From Paecilomyces variotii (Eukaryota), in the NCBI GenBank assembly GCA_004022145.1, contig RCNU01000017.1: a DNA stretch of 64,000 bases; one strand, written 5' to 3'. The first letter of the stretch is position 1, and each line of letters opens with the position of its first letter. Shown piece after piece: positions 37,957 through 51,720 of this stretch. Below the pieces are notes generated by a model. That model did no database searches. It was not told the origin of the DNA and saw nothing but the letters and a program-made list of their open reading frames with translations. Made by a program: the position numbers and the translations under genes.

Positions 37957-38367
37957 ATGATCTTCAACAAGGCTATCCTTCTGCTCTGCGCAGCTGTTTC
38001 TCCCTTCGCGCTCGCTGAGCCCGCGTCTACTGTGACCCTCACGGTTGTCAACGCTCACAGCAGCACGCCGACTCCCACTCCTACTCCTACTCCCTCTCCC
38101 TCTCCGTCGTCGACTCCTGTGCACAAGTTCATCGCCTCTACTGGCACTGGTGCCCGCTTTACTCCTTCCGCGGGCCGCTGGAACTCGACCCTCCCTATCC
38201 CGAGCAACCCCGTCAAGGCCCCCAGCGAGCCCGCTTCGTCCGCTGCTTCTGGACCAGCCTCCGGCGCTTCCTCGCCTGCTGCTACTGGCGCTGCTGCCGG
38301 CCACGATGTCGCCGGTGCCGCCATGATGGCTGGTGTCGTTGCCGTCGCGGGTCTTGTTATGCTGTAA
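37957..38367 (+). CDS. Small secreted Ser/Thr/Pro-rich protein, likely GPI-anchored
   Basis: ATG 37957; signal peptide MIFNKAILLLCAAVSPFALA, (TP)n/(SP)n tract, small-residue omega region ATGAA and hydrophobic tail AAMMAGVVAVAGLVML*. Codons mostly end in C/T. Confidence 0.85.
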   Translation: MIFNKAILLLCAAVSPFALAEPASTVTLTVVNAHSSTPTPTPTPTPSPSPSSTPVHKFIASTGTGARFTPSAGRWNSTLPIPSNPVKAPSEPASSAASGPASGASSPAATGAAAGHDVAGAAMMAGVVAVAGLVML

Positions 38368-39746
38368 ACTTTCAAGTGAAAAAGTAAAACCGGACAGAAA
38401 GCGCATTTTATTGGGATTGGACTGGATTTGAATCCCATTCGGAATTCTCTCTAGGGAATTAGGAAGGAATTGTCGAGAGCAGAGGAAGTTTGGCGTGTCG
38501 TTATACCCCCATCAGATGAAGAAGTTATTAGGAGACGTGGAGAGGAGAGGAGAGGAGAGGAAACCATATGGAACCCTGAGGCAGCAGAAAAACCAAAACC
38601 AAATCAGGACATGGAATGGAAATGGAATGAAATTCTTGCTTTTTTTTTTTTTTTATTCCGGACCTTCATCCGAAACTTCTATCTTACGCCATTATCATCA
38701 CGCCCACACATTATACCCTTTTTTTACTCTACTTCAACCCCCGTGTGCGTGTATGTTTATATTCTATTTTATATCCCTCTATTCTTTCTCCAAGAGCAAG
38801 AGCAGGCGTGCTTTCTCCTTTTTTGTGTGCTTTTTTTTTTTCTATATCTTATTTTAACCTGTTCCCTCGGGGCATGGCCTGAACCCTACCTACCTAACGA
38901 CAGTATGGTTTCCTTTTTTTCTTTTTTTTTTTTTTTGTATATATAATTTTTTATCTCTCGATAACCTTTTTTTGTTTTATGATCATCTTACGGTCGAGAA
39001 TGATTCCAATTCCAATTCTGATTTTTATTCTTAATTCAGATCGTGGTTTCGGTTTCCATTGTGGTTGTAGTTAAATTTATATTATCAGAGGAGTGGAAGT
39101 CGCAGTTAGTATTATCTTCCTCTTGGAGGTAGGGGCAGAGTAGAGTAACTATGTATACTAGTTATACTATACAGTATATATATATATGGTGTCGGAGCCT
39201 ACCTACCTACAACAGACCTGTCGGGTTCCTCCCACGCCTTTCTAGCTCTACCTATAGAGATAAGTGGACTGAGCTAGTTAGTTGCTAGAGAATTGAAGCT
39301 CAGCGAGCTTTCGCTCCAGATATAGTATTAATATATATATATATACATGCAAAGATTAGTGTATAATCAACTTTTGAATGAGATAGTGAGTGCATAGGAA
39401 TCTCAGGATATAATTTAGTTGTTTTGCGTTGTCTAGTCTGGTGATAGTTCGGGTTCTGTGATTACTTTTTCTTGTTTAATTATCTGTGATTCTTTTGGAT
39501 CTATTCTATCTATCGATCTACAGGCACTGGGTGGTTACGCTGATATTTCATCCCATTTTCATTTCTAAAGGCTAGAAGCTAGAAGCTAATGAATGATTCC
39601 TTCCGCTGTGGAGATTGATAGGATTCGGAAATATTGTACAGAACATGCTTTAACCGAGTCGAGGTTGGTATTGGAAGATATTAAATGAATACAAAATACA
39701 AGTGAAGAGAAGAGAGATCACATCAAATCACGTATTCCCCTTCGCA

Positions 39747-41432
39747 TTATTCATTCTTGTAGGTAGCTTCGTATCTATTTTTGGTATATGTTAGTACCAA
39801 AGACGAGATTGTTGGGTTAGTGATCGATGAATGGGATGAAGCCATACCTCTTTCCTCGGAAGGCCCAGATGCCCCAGTTTCCGCAGGAGACGTCGTGCGG
39901 GTCGAGATCGTTCAGATCCCATCGGAGACTGCGGAAGATATTCTCGCCTGGTTCTAGCAGAATGTCGAATTCGCCGGCGCATTTCTCGTGAACCCATTTG
40001 ATATCCCGGTCCATGTCCCACTGCGTGTATCCTGTGCAGATGATCGGGACTTTGGTTTCGAGCAGCTGCGGTAGCGTCTCTGCCCATTCGAATGAGCTGG
40101 CTGGGTGGCCGAGACCAGGATGGAAGAGCATGAAGCAGTCAAAGTACGGGTCGTAAGGATGGAAGTACTGGGCTTGGTGCATCGTGTGGAAGTAGTCGAC
40201 ATATGTGGTGATCTTCATCTGGGGGCCGAGACGGTCCTCCACGATTCCGCCGAACGGGTTGGCCGGAGTCCGTTCAGGAAGAGGGAACTCGGCATCGCGA
40301 TTCGCCATGGCTTCTGGTCCGATGAAAATCAACTGGATGATGGCTCGCGGGAACATGTGCGTCAGCTGCAGCCAAACTTCACGCGGAAGAGAAGATTCAG
40401 CGCGAGCTCCCAGACAGAAAATCCGCACCGGTGGCGCCTTCAGACGCAGACCTGCGATGTCCATTCCTTCACCTGTCCTGGGAGGATGTAGAGTGTATCG
40501 GAGAGCTACAAATGCCACATTCATTAGTTTCACTTAAGAAAGGTCTTTCCAAGCAGCAGTAAATATCCACGGAACCCACCAGCCATGCTCTTCAGACCCT
40601 CGACTGTAAGTCTTCCGCCCTTCTTAATGTTGTAAGGACTGAGTTCATGCAGCACACTACCGACAGTAATCGGGTAAGTGAGCATTCTGGTAACCTGCCG
40701 CATGCTCCTGTCATCATTGATAGCCAGGAACTCCCGTGTATACAAGAACGTATCCCAGTTGGTCATGTTGATGACAAAGTTATCATCCTGCGGTCCCGGA
40801 TAGCTGAATTCTGGGAAGAATCGTCCCGAATGCAGGTCATGGTCATCCTCATTGATCTGTCTGATGGTGTCGCACACTTCTAGATGAGCCTCGAAATCGT
40901 CCATCCAGTGTTCCTCCGAGCAGTATATCGGCACTCCACAGTCCGGGCACTCGAAGTGAGAGTGAGCCGGCGGCAGCGCGCCGTGCGGATCCTTTCTCGC
41001 TTCCGGGTCATGCGGTGAATCCGGCAGGCGAGTCTGCTGGTGGCTTGGATGAGGGCAGAAGGCATTCTGCTTGATAAATTCCGCGCGCTGTCGAATTGCG
41101 GGAGAGGGCGACTTGGAAAAAGGATGGAATAGGTTATTCGGCTTGAGCAGCGTCCGGGTTTCGTTGAGATGCTGAGACGGTCCAGTAGCACCGGCTGGGA
41201 CACGCGGTCGTGCAGCAGCTGAAGAAGTCAATCGCTTGCCAGACTCCTGCGCTTCCTTCGGCTGTAAGCGGCTCTTTTGTCGTGAGTCTAACCCTCCAGC
41301 AATCGGAGACGCCAGGTGATGTTTCCGCCTGGGGCCCGGAAGATACCCAGGACGCACATTGGAGACCCGGGCTCGAACATTGAGCCGCAGGCTCTGGAGG
41401 CAGCGGTCACAGGTGAAGCCGGCCCGCATCAT
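39747..41432 (-). CDS. MSS51: Mss51, mitochondrial COX1 translational activator/assembly factor
   Basis: Exons 41432-40580, 40505-39848, 39774-39747. Motifs NLFHPFSKSP, FCPHP, ECPDCGVPIYCSEEHW, INEDDHDLHSGRFFPEF, NWDTFLYTREF, LGARAESSLP, FHPGLGHP, GENIFRSLRWD; ends FRGKRYEATYKNE*. Confidence 0.94.
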
Positions 41433-41851
41433 GCAAACTGCTGTTCGAGGTCAGGGCGAATGGATCTCGGAGATCGTGAAGCTTTTCGTTTTGGCTGCGG
41501 GACGAGACGGTAACACGTGACCGGGGTCAACTAGAGCAACGATTAACTAATTCATTATTATTAACTAGTTATTACTTTACTGATAGAAGATCTTATATTT
41601 GATAGTTAGAAGGTCTTATATTATCAAACAAGGCCAAGTATACAATGTCATCAACACAGGCATATTCCTTGTTTCCATAGGATCAAGTGAGTCTATTAGG
41701 GTGTCTACATGATATGTTGGTATAGGTCAAACTCCCGAACACTTCCCCGGACCGAACACGTCAAGAGGGAATCTTGCTTGTGTCGATCCATCCAATGCAA
41801 ACGACGGCGCAATTAAAAGTACACACGCTTCATACATGTGCATATGGCACA

Positions 41852-44800
41852 TCAAAAGATATCCTCGCTAGCACTCCAGTCATGCTGCTCCCGGCATTTC
41901 CAATACTTGCCGGTGTAGACCCAGAACTCCTCGCCACTGACAGGACACTTACCCCTGGTAAACCACTTGGGAGAATACTCTTCACCCTTCATCTCTCTCT
42001 CCCTCCTCTTGGCCCGCTGCTTCTCCTCCACACGGTTCTTCTCCGTCGCGGCAAAGTCATACTCGCCTTCCTCCATCGCCCGCTGGTCGGGACGGAGTCG
42101 AGTATCCGTGGGGGGCAGGTTCTCCTTCAGACGGTCAGGGAGAGCATTGAGCGTCACCACAAACGGTGTCAAGTTGAACGGGATGCCGCTGGGCCGAGGG
42201 TTGCTCTTCCAGACAAGGAACGTCTTCGCGGATTCGGGGTCTCGCTCCGACACCTCAGCATGGAAGCCAGGAGTGTGGCGGGCATAGATCTTGTCATTCC
42301 AGCGGCCACCAATGCTCCATTTCGTCTGTCCGTCCTTGTCCATCACCTTTCCAGTAACCTGGTACGCGGACGACGCTTTCCAGCCTCTAGGCTTGAAGTC
42401 CAACGTGCAAACTTCACCGGTGGTCCAGTTCTTGATCTCCATCGGCCCGTAATTGTCAACTGTCGGGTTTCCAGTGATGATGCCAACCACGGAAGAGGTG
42501 ACCTTCTTCCACGTGTAGAGCTCTTCACCGCCAGTGATAGGCCGCAGCTTCAAGAACCACGTACCCAAGGGGTTGATGTCGAACGACTTGCCATAGAACT
42601 TTGACTTAACAGCAGACTCGCCCTAGAATTTACAATGTCAGGGTTGCCATAGAAAGAACAGAGCCAGTATATATATCTGCTTACATAGTAGTCCCATTTG
42701 GGAGACTCCGCCCACGCCGCACCGATCGGCGGATGGTGGCTGACCTGTTCGATGAAGAAGCGGTATCCTTTGTCAGGTCTGACATACTCGTAAGTCTCAC
42801 CCAGTAGTGGGTTGAACGGCTTCGCGACTCTGCCAATCGTCGAGGCATACTCACTAGCTGCAAAGGCAGCTACATAGAGCATACGCTCCATAGAGTCAGC
42901 ACGGTCCGCAGCGACATCCAGAAGATCGGCATATTCCATGTCCTCCGCTACTCGCTGAAGCAGAGAAGTGGGCTCGTTGAAGGAGACTGGAAGCGTCATC
43001 TTCGTCATGTCCTTTCCGATCATGGACTTGAGGATACCCTGTGATGTGTGAGAAAAGTGAAGCGTCATGAAAATTACACAAGAACATACCCATAGCGAGA
43101 TCTTAGGTCGGTTATCTGCCTCCATCTTCAACTTCTCCCTTATTGGATCCTCGTAGCCTCTGAACGACGGGCTGATCTCGGCTTGCTTCATGACACGAAG
43201 ATTGGCGCCCTCTCCCTCCGGAACTGGCTTTTCTACCTTGACCTCGGACTCTGCTAGAGGTTCGGCTTCAATCTCTCCGGCATCAACAGCATCAAAAAAC
43301 TCGTCCTCCTCGTCCTCGGAATCGCTGAGGTCAGGAATCTGCACGGGGGTGGGTGCCTTAGAAGGTACAGGCTTCTCCAGAAGCTCCGCTGTTTCAACAG
43401 TCTCGCCATCAACTGCCGCCGGTTCCTGAACCTCTTGTCGAAGAGACTCGTCCACCGTGTCATGCTCCGTCTCCGGAACGTCAGGAAGCTGTGCTTCAGT
43501 TCGTCCACGACTGACTGGGCGGCTGGTAGCCGCAGAGGCATTTCCTAGAGCCTCTCTGAGCGCCTTCTTCGTGCGTCTCCGCTTGTCCTCCGATTCGCCA
43601 ATCCTAGATTGCAGTTCTTCATGCTCCTGCGCGACACGGGCCATGCTCTCCTCCCACATCTTGCGGGTATCTTCCTCCTTATCTAGCCTGTACTGCCAGT
43701 AAGCGTCCCGGTCGCGGGATATCTTCAGAAGATCTTGTATAAGGCCATTGAGACTGCTAACGGCAGCCTGGTAAGTGACGAGCGCCTGTTCGACTGCGGG
43801 ATCTGATATGAGCATTTGAGGGTTCTCAGACTTCTGGTTCTGAAGCGAGGCTGAGACGCTGGCAAGGAGCTCAAGTTGTAGCTTCGCGGACTGGGCGGTG
43901 ATATTAAAAGCGTCCTTGTCGACTGGCTGAATATCCCGGCTTGAGGCGTCATCGACATAGTCGTCGTCCACATCATCGGGAATTGTGGTCACCTGGCTGG
44001 ACATCCGCCGGATGTTCATCTCGTTCTGCGTAACACTGGGGTCATAAGACGGAGCATAGATGGAAGCATCTTCATCTACAGTAGTGCTGTCCACTGTCGT
44101 GCGGGATGGCTGCGTGCTCAGCCTGGAGCCATTGCTAGTTGGAACACCCAAGGACGAGGGAGCGAGACCCTTCCTGTTTGCCTTGCTGCTGGCGATACTC
44201 GGGGTGTCTGTCACGCAGTCTGATGGCTGGCCATCGACCTGCTCCATCTTAGCTTGCCGAAAGGCCTCTGCGGTCCTCGTTCGTCTTCGCTCCTCCTCCT
44301 TTGCCTCGTCCTTGGCCCATTGTATAGCATTGTTCAGAGACCAGAACCATCGTTTCGCTTCGACAACATGATTTGCCTTCAAGTGATATTTCACAGAAGA
44401 CTTGCCAAGGATTTCAAATCGTGTCTTGTCCTGGGAATCCATGTGGAGCTTGGCGATTCGCATATTAATAGCTCCGCGACAAGCGGACCCGGCATCATCT
44501 AGATAGGAATTAGTCTAAGGCCGGGCACGGGCACGAGGTGAATGGGCTTAGGGAACTCACCTTGGTGTTTGTAGTAGCTCAGAACACCATCCTCGAGCAC
44601 AAACCAACGCAGTTTGTAACCACTCGTGTAGTTGGTCCATTTCTTCAGATAGCCTCTCATCTCGCGCGCATCCTTGCCCGCGAGTACCGTCTCCGGGCTG
44701 CCCTGGGCAGCAGCATTACCGAGAATGGCCTTCTCTTGGATTCCACGCTGCGCTATCACGGCAGCCGGGGATTTCTTCAGAATTGCCCGCGTCTTGTCAT

Positions 44801-46091
44801 CCTTGGTCACATCCTGCGGCAGCCTGCCCTTCTTGTCACGGCGGAAGGGATCCGCTCCGCGCATGAGAAGAATCTGGAGAAGTTGTGTATCCTTTTTCCG
44901 AGCCCCTTCATGTAACAGAGTTCCTCCTGTTTGTATCGTCTCGCTATCCGTCACGAGCTCCAAACCATTCACATCAACACAGCCCTGAACACGGGGTTGT
45001 TCGAGGAGCCTTTCAAGCTTCTCATAAGCCCCTTGTCTGATGAGCTCTTGTATCTCCTTAGTTCTGGTGTCGAGGAACAACGACCGCGCAAGTTGAAGCT
45101 GCTGGAAGATCTCCGGCGTGCGCGCGACATCAAGGGCTGTTTGGCCACGGTAGTTGAGGATCGTATCATTGATGACCGGCCTGTCCAACAACTCCCGCAC
45201 TACGGTAGCCCGACCGAGCTGGGCAGCAAGATGCAAAGGAGTGTTGCCCTCACGGTCGCGAGCGTTGATATCCAGGTCATCCCCCGTAGATAGGACGTAT
45301 TCCACGACCTGAGGCTCGGCGCATTGGATTGCCAGGTGCAGGATGGTTGTCCCCGGGGCGCAGGCATTGATTCCTTCGGTTTCCTTGGCCTCCTTGATGG
45401 CCTTCGATATAGCACCCGTATCCCCGCTTCGGAGCACTTCGAAGAGACGGAAAGTCTTCACGGACTGATTGATCGACATGCTCTTCGGTTCTGGGTTTCC
45501 GTTTATTTCTGGTTTGGCACCGCCGGCGGCCTCCTCGGAGGGCACGCTCTCCAGTGTATTTGCTGGCGATATCTTGGTAGGTGAACTGTCCCGCAGTGAC
45601 TTTTGGCGACCGAAACCTCGACCGCTAGTCCGAGAGAGAGAGTGAGTGAGAGCGTGGCCGCTCGGAGAAGACGAAAGGGACTGTGGAGAGCTGTTGCCGC
45701 CGCCGGGGCTCTCGTCCATCACGTCCTCCGTCTTGGACTTGTCGCGATGGAGAATCGAGAGTGCCAGAGCACTCTTGCTGCGCTTGTGACTATAATAATA
45801 TCAGAGGGGTAACGTTAGCACGCATGCGACTCCTCGCAAGAGCGTCTCAAGAATCCCGGCCGCTAACAGCTTGGGCCGTGCAGGCGCTTGAAACCCCGCC
45901 GTCTGACAGTGACACGCGAAACTCGAGATGGTTGATAGTTGACTGCACTCGGGCAGCTATTGTTGTCTCTGGCAAAGGATGGACACCAGCGTCGTCTGTC
46001 CTAGCTTCCAGCGCATCCACGGTACCAAGGCAGCAACGACCCGGGCTTCAGGGGCAAAACGAAGCACTCACCTCGCGCTCTTTTCCGTCAT
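41852..46091 (-). CDS. OSH1: Oxysterol-binding protein of the Osh1/Osh2 type (ankyrin repeats, PH, FFAT, ORD)
   Basis: A 20-nt first exon 46091-46072 (MTEKSA/S) splices to 45789 ([17 protein letters not shown]); three further introns. Ankyrins (GNTPLHLAA), PH ([20 protein letters not shown]), [16 protein letters not shown] signature [22 protein letters not shown]. Confidence 0.94.
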
Positions 46092-46810
46092 CTCGGCTCA
46101 GCACGGGGCAGACCGGTCACAGAGAGGAGACGGATCGATTGCCTTGCAGGAGAAGGAGGAGAATAAGTTCCAAAGAAGGGAGGAGAATCACAAGACAAGA
46201 AATGAAGACATCGTCCGCTTTGCGCTCCTCAAATGCCAATCGCGAATGCCCACGGGAAGTTGGGGGGGAATAGTTAGTACTCTAGCTCAGTGGCTCAGCT
46301 TCTCCTGGGCCGAGCGTCTATTCAGCGAACACCGTTCGTCAACTCTCGACGGTAATTGAGGCTTTCGCGAGCTTGAGCAGACTGAGCCGTCCATTGAGGA
46401 GAACCGCGTGGCGTCTGTGCTCTCCTAGACGAACCAGAGCAAAGGGGCATGAGGCACGGGCGGGGATCAGCGAGAGCAATGTGAGTATCCAGAGTGGCAA
46501 CGAGAATTCATCTTTCTGATGACGATCCCCCGCGGGCCGCAAGACGTCACAGCGGCCAAATGGCGGATAATGGGTTTGTTCGCAATAATAATACTAGTAA
46601 GGAGTATACAACAGCAGTTCGTTCTTCTCCATACGGTGGAATTTCGTCATCGCTTCGACGAGGTACCGGACATTCCGAGATCTAACTCTATACGTGCTAT
46701 ATATATGGTACGCTGAAGAAAATCGGATAGATAACAAGAATAATATACAGTTTATCAGTTCCGGGCCCACCAGCGCTGCCAGCGTTGAAGAGCACGCTCC
46801 CGAAACCATT

Positions 46811-47975
46811 TCAGCGACTCTCCCCGCTGACCAGGAGCACAACGCTGCCCAGCTGCCTCTTCAGATCTTCCTTTTCCACGTCGTGCGTATCTTCGACCTC
46901 TCCCCACATGTCCGTTTGCCATCTTACCTCGAGGCTGGATGCTTCGGCTGCCTCCTCGATGCCAAACCGTTTCTGTCCGGACCGTTGTAGGTGGCGGAAG
47001 TTTTCGCTCCATTCCACTACCAGTCGGACAGCAACCAGTAAACTCTTGCCCGCCAGAACAGCTCTTTCCAGAGCAGCCAAGTCATAGGCATGCAGGTTTG
47101 CGATCCATGCCCGGATCACATCCTTTGTTACCTGAGGTTGAGATGTCGGCAGGATGCTGTCAGCATCCACGTTGGGCTTGATATCGATCCCCGGCCAGAG
47201 CTTGGCACTGAGGAAGCCGATGATTTCCTGCGCGACTCTCTCCTGCATCTGTCGAAGCGTCTCCTTGCCCTCCTCTTGCTCTAGAGCCGCCTCCGGGCCA
47301 TCCTTCTTGGGCACCCAGCACAGAATTGTATCCGTATCAAGATAACGCATGACCGTCCTCAGCACGTCTTCTCTCGTAGTTCGCTGGCCCTCTCTATCCT
47401 CTCTGACGATATCTTCTGCCCGAGCAACCAACGACGTGATCGGTATCAAGTGCTGTTTGAGGGCCTGCTGGGCCGAGGTCAATAGATCCCATTCCAACGC
47501 AATCGCATGCGCCAAGTGAGGCTTCGTAAAAGGAACGGTCAAAGTTGTCTTTGCCGGCGTTCGTACAGGGCGGGTATCGAGGAGAACCTGGTAACCATCT
47601 AGTATAGGATTAGACCCGCGACTCTCTAGAAATCCATGGAAAATTCTAACGCTGGCCACAAAACATACCTTCGATCTTTCTAACGTTCACGTCCTTCCAA
47701 AAACGTTTCTTCAGAGCACTAGACGCCTTCGAGGGCTGTGGCTGTTCCACTTTTTCCGTGCCTACCGTCTCTGCATCCTTCTGTTTCCGCCTTTCTGCTT
47801 GCTCTGCTAAGTCTGCCGCGGGTTCTGGGGCTTTGGGAGGAGGTCCATGTGCTGTGATGGGGTGTGCGACAGCGAATCTTGACGGCGAAGAATGGAAGTA
47901 ACGGCATGAGCTTCGAGGTGTGAAGTAGATTCGCGATGGACGGAGCAACGAGGAGGCTCTGGCGAGTTCTTTCAT
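46811..47975 (-). CDS. ATP12: Mitochondrial F1-ATPase assembly chaperone Atp12
   Basis: ATG 47975 with presequence-like MKELARASSLLRPSRIYF. LKKRFWKDVNV is joined across one intron near 47600-47668 to GYQVLLDTRPVRTP; also LAHAIALEWD, RYLDTDT, ASSLEVRWQTDMWGEVEDTHDV. Confidence 0.93.
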
Positions 47976-48459
47976 GGCGGGCTTCTCAACGGCCAATGCA
48001 GGCCTTAGTAGTGTCCAAAAATGCAATAATCAGGGAGTAGAGATTTGTGAGGACGTATTTCGTTGGCGGGCGTGTCGTCGGCCCAGATTGACGATGTTGT
48101 ATTGATTAAAGATGTTCGTTCCTTGGCCGGAGCTCGAGTACGTAGTTTGCCGCCAAGCACACAGACCACCGCGGTGGCTCTACTTGAGCTTTGCAATTAC
48201 TCGCTGGATGCAGCACAGAATGCTAAGTCAACATAATATTATTTCTACTATCCCACAAAAGAAGGCCCAGTAGAGAGGTGATGATTCTATCTGTCAGGCT
48301 TGTCTTTGATTTTATGCTCGATAAATATAAATATTAGATGACGCCAATACTTGGCATTTTAGAATTCCCTACTATGTACTTACGAAGTCACGTGCCGCAT
48401 GACTATCACGCATCCTTGACATTACAGATCCAAATCAAAGGTAAGCTTACTATACAAAA

Positions 48460-48549
48460 GCCCGTATGGCCCCAGTGGCTAGAATATCTCGCTCGTGAGC
48501 GCTTTATAGGATCATGAAAAGATCCCTTGTTCGACTCAAAGTGTGGGCT
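48460..48549 (+). tRNA. Degenerate tRNA-Thr(CGT) gene with short intron, probably a pseudogene
   Basis: Acceptor stem GCCCGTA/TGTGGGC, A-box-like TGGCCCCAGTGG, anticodon loop CT-CGT-G (CGT at 48494-48496), about 16-nt intron, T-arm CCTTG-TTCGACT-CAAAG, then TTTT. The D, anticodon and T stems contain C-A mismatches. Confidence 0.7.
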
Positions 48550-51500
48550 TTTCTCGATGCTTTCACTAAGGAAGTATCTAGACTAGTCAGATATATTTAG
48601 ATCTAGTCGCTCTCGAGAGTCGAGAATTTATAATACCGAACAGACTGGCAATTTAAATGAATAGCACGGGGACTATTAACTATTTTGTTACGCGAATTCC
48701 CATATATACATTCGGTGCTTCCCGGGACTCAATGGTGATATAGCCGCGCTAGATAAAGGTATTTATATCCGCATTCTGAATGTAAATAAATAACTATAGC
48801 TGCAACTAGGACTCAGTTACCCTCTCGGGGGAAGGATTCTCTGCTTAGATCCATTCACTAATTATAGGCAGTTACTCACCTTTCTGATCCAAATACAGAA
48901 ATACCATACCTTCTAAAGTATAATAGAATGAACTATATTCTCTTTATACTGGGCGAATAGTGTTTTATTCCCGTCTCTCTCGTTCTTATTTCTCAGCCAT
49001 CACCTACTGGGCGGCATAGCCAAGTGATTAACGCTATGGCACGTACGAGGAGGAGCAAAGGAGAGGTCGTGAAACCGAAACTGAATCATACCTGAATTTA
49101 GAATCAGGGAGTGAGTTCAAGGAGAATAAAATAATCTTTTACTTACGCAGCAAGCTAAGTAAGTTAAGCGGTTTATAGAGAAGATAAACAACGGAAGATC
49201 TAAATCCTCTATCTGGTCTATTCTCTCGCTTTGAACGACACTGAGTGCTATCCTAGGGTATATTCCTAGGGGGTGACTATTCTCGTGGCTCGAAACGGAG
49301 TACTCTGATTCGATGATCTCTTACTGTACAACAAAAAAAGAAACTCTTCGATTTTACTGCGGACAAAAAAAAAGAGTTATTCTGCGCCTATCTACATAAA
49401 CTCTTTTTTACCATGATAGTTTCAAGAATATAGAAACTACAGTTAATGCGATTAATATTACAGAATAAGTGGTACCAAAAGATATTACCTATTACTTACC
49501 TTCAATAAAACCGAAAGTCCCTGTTTATGCACTCTAGTTATGACCCCGCCACATTTATGAGACTTGCAAGATACGCATATCGTCGTCTATGCGTACATTC
49601 TACATTCTCGAGTAGCTTCAAGAATGTGTGACTGATTGATTGCAAGGATAATTACCCCTGGTTCGAGACCGTACAGAAAGATAATCGATGCAGTAAACTA
49701 GACATATGTATATACAGTATATATTGGAAAGCGCAAACGCGCAAACTACGTGTGTATATATACTGGGTAGAAATTTCATGTATGTATGTACATGTAGTTA
49801 CAATATAATCGTATAGATCTATAATTATCATTAAACAAAGAACTACAAGCAACTAGACTCCCGTCCAAAATTTAAGTTTCTCTTCATCTTTCACCGAAGG
49901 AAAGAAAGGATACGACGTGCATCTAAGCCGTGTGTCTGGACCCGTTTCGATCCTGATCGTTGCCAGATTCAGATTCAGAAACTTTCGGAACTTTTGTAAT
50001 CCTGCAGCAACTGAATCGTGCATAAGCAGGAAGAAAAAAAAAAAAAGAACTTTTCTCTCTCCTGATCAATCCCTGGAGATCTGAGGATGGAGGGGTACCG
50101 GCGTTTAGTGTCTGTACTTACTACTAGATAGGTAAAAGGGAACCTGGGGGTGGCCCTGTTGGATCATCACTGTGGATTTGCATAAAAATGAGTACGGGCT
50201 AGCTGCATCGCTTAAGAGATTTTTAGCGGAGTAAGTAGAGGCGACACAGCAGGGCTAGCAGGGATCTGGTGGAAATTATGCAACGAGAAGGCGTTCGGTT
50301 AGATGGCCGGCCATTTGTACTCTAGCACAAGATGCGAGCAAGCCGTTGGGCGTTGGACGAACCTCTTTGCACAGGGCGCCTCAGGGCCTGCTTATGCAAG
50401 ACTAGATATAGACTGTTGGACTAGTAGTCGAGCGGCAGTTATGATTCTAATTAAGCAACCACACACAAGAGCCTCCCGCATATTGCTGGGCAGGTATAGA
50501 ATTCCACCGTTGGACAATGGCTCTGCCACGTAGGGAGAGGCCCTTTGACTCGTCAGAGATCGACAATGACGATATATCGTATCATTTAAAGGGGGGGAGA
50601 AAAGACGAGATAAATTGTCATTTAACATTTCCATCTTTGCTTTTTTTTTTTCTTTTCTTTTCCCTCACCATGTTGACTACGATCTGGACCCGCATCCAGT
50701 AGGAAGCAACCCACATCCAGGCCAGACTCAAATCGATTGACAGCGGCAGCTACGGCCCGCTGTCAGGTCACCATCGTGCAGACACTATTTGGTTTTAGTT
50801 TCATGTCGAGTGATGCAAGGTGGTCGAGAGCTCGTCGCAAGACGTGTGTATAACTATAGCCCCAAGGCCGTTGCTCTGAACGGTATCCCTCCACGAGGAG
50901 AGCTGCAGCTGGGATCGATATTGGACACAATGATCTACTAGGCGATACTCCCCGACAAAGCAATAGTTTCTTTGCTGGGGGTGAATATCAATCCAGGAGA
51001 GACGGAGTAACTAGTTAATCAAATTACAAGTCGGGATGGACAGCCGAGGGTACTTCGTGGACCACATGCAAGAAAAGGGAGACACCCTAGGTACGTGTTG
51101 GCTAGCATCACTAAATAATCGAATCGAGTGGACAGACAGCCCGGTTGGAAACAGGAGAGCTCTCGAACGTCACGCTCACTGGGACATTGGCGACTGGCTG
51201 ACCTGACAGCGCTGCATCCAAACGATTGCCGAGGACGCGACACGCTAAGGCCAAGGGCTGTTCCGCTGTTGTACCTCACAGCCTGCACCACGACCGAACA
51301 AGCAGCAGCTCATTGCCGGTGCACCCAGTTGATTCGAGACTAGTGGCCCTCCGCCAGCTCCATCCACCACCGGATGAGCAATAGCAGGCGCTTCGTACTA
51401 ATCACTTCATAATATTATTTTATTACCTGCAGATGCTTTCAACGGACTGAGTTTGGAAGAATCCCCCGGAAGGCCCCGCCTCTCGAGCAGGAGAAAGGTG

Positions 51501-51720
51501 GAAACCGCGGCAGAGAAGGGACTGAGTGGTCGGAATCTCCGGTTGGAGAGAGCTGTCTCCAGAGTCAAGTCGAGTATCTAATTAATAGTTAGTGCAGAGT
51601 AAGACTAAATCAGATCCGTGCTCCGGTATGTTCCATCTGGGGGACTCGGGTCCGTAGATAGTTTCCTTCTGACTAGAATAATATTGAGGCTAGCACAGAG
51701 ATAATCATCGGATATCTTCT

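Noticed and set aside
38470..38946. 158-aa Phe-rich ORF after the GPI-type protein gene
   Set aside because: It arises from poly-T tracts in a 3' UTR/terminator region and has a non-ATG start.
41774..42604. Long antisense/overlapping ORFs (e.g. 41774-42604, 1977-2582, 28778-29440, 55847-56563, 60545-61405)
   Set aside because: They are shadows of real genes caused by codon bias and GC content, with no recognisable motifs.
6481..47975. Apparent clustering of mitochondrial genes (MMF1, NDUFB8, malic enzyme, MSS51, ATP12)
   Set aside because: They are interspersed with unrelated genes over 40 kb and I saw no shared motif, so this is compatible with chance.
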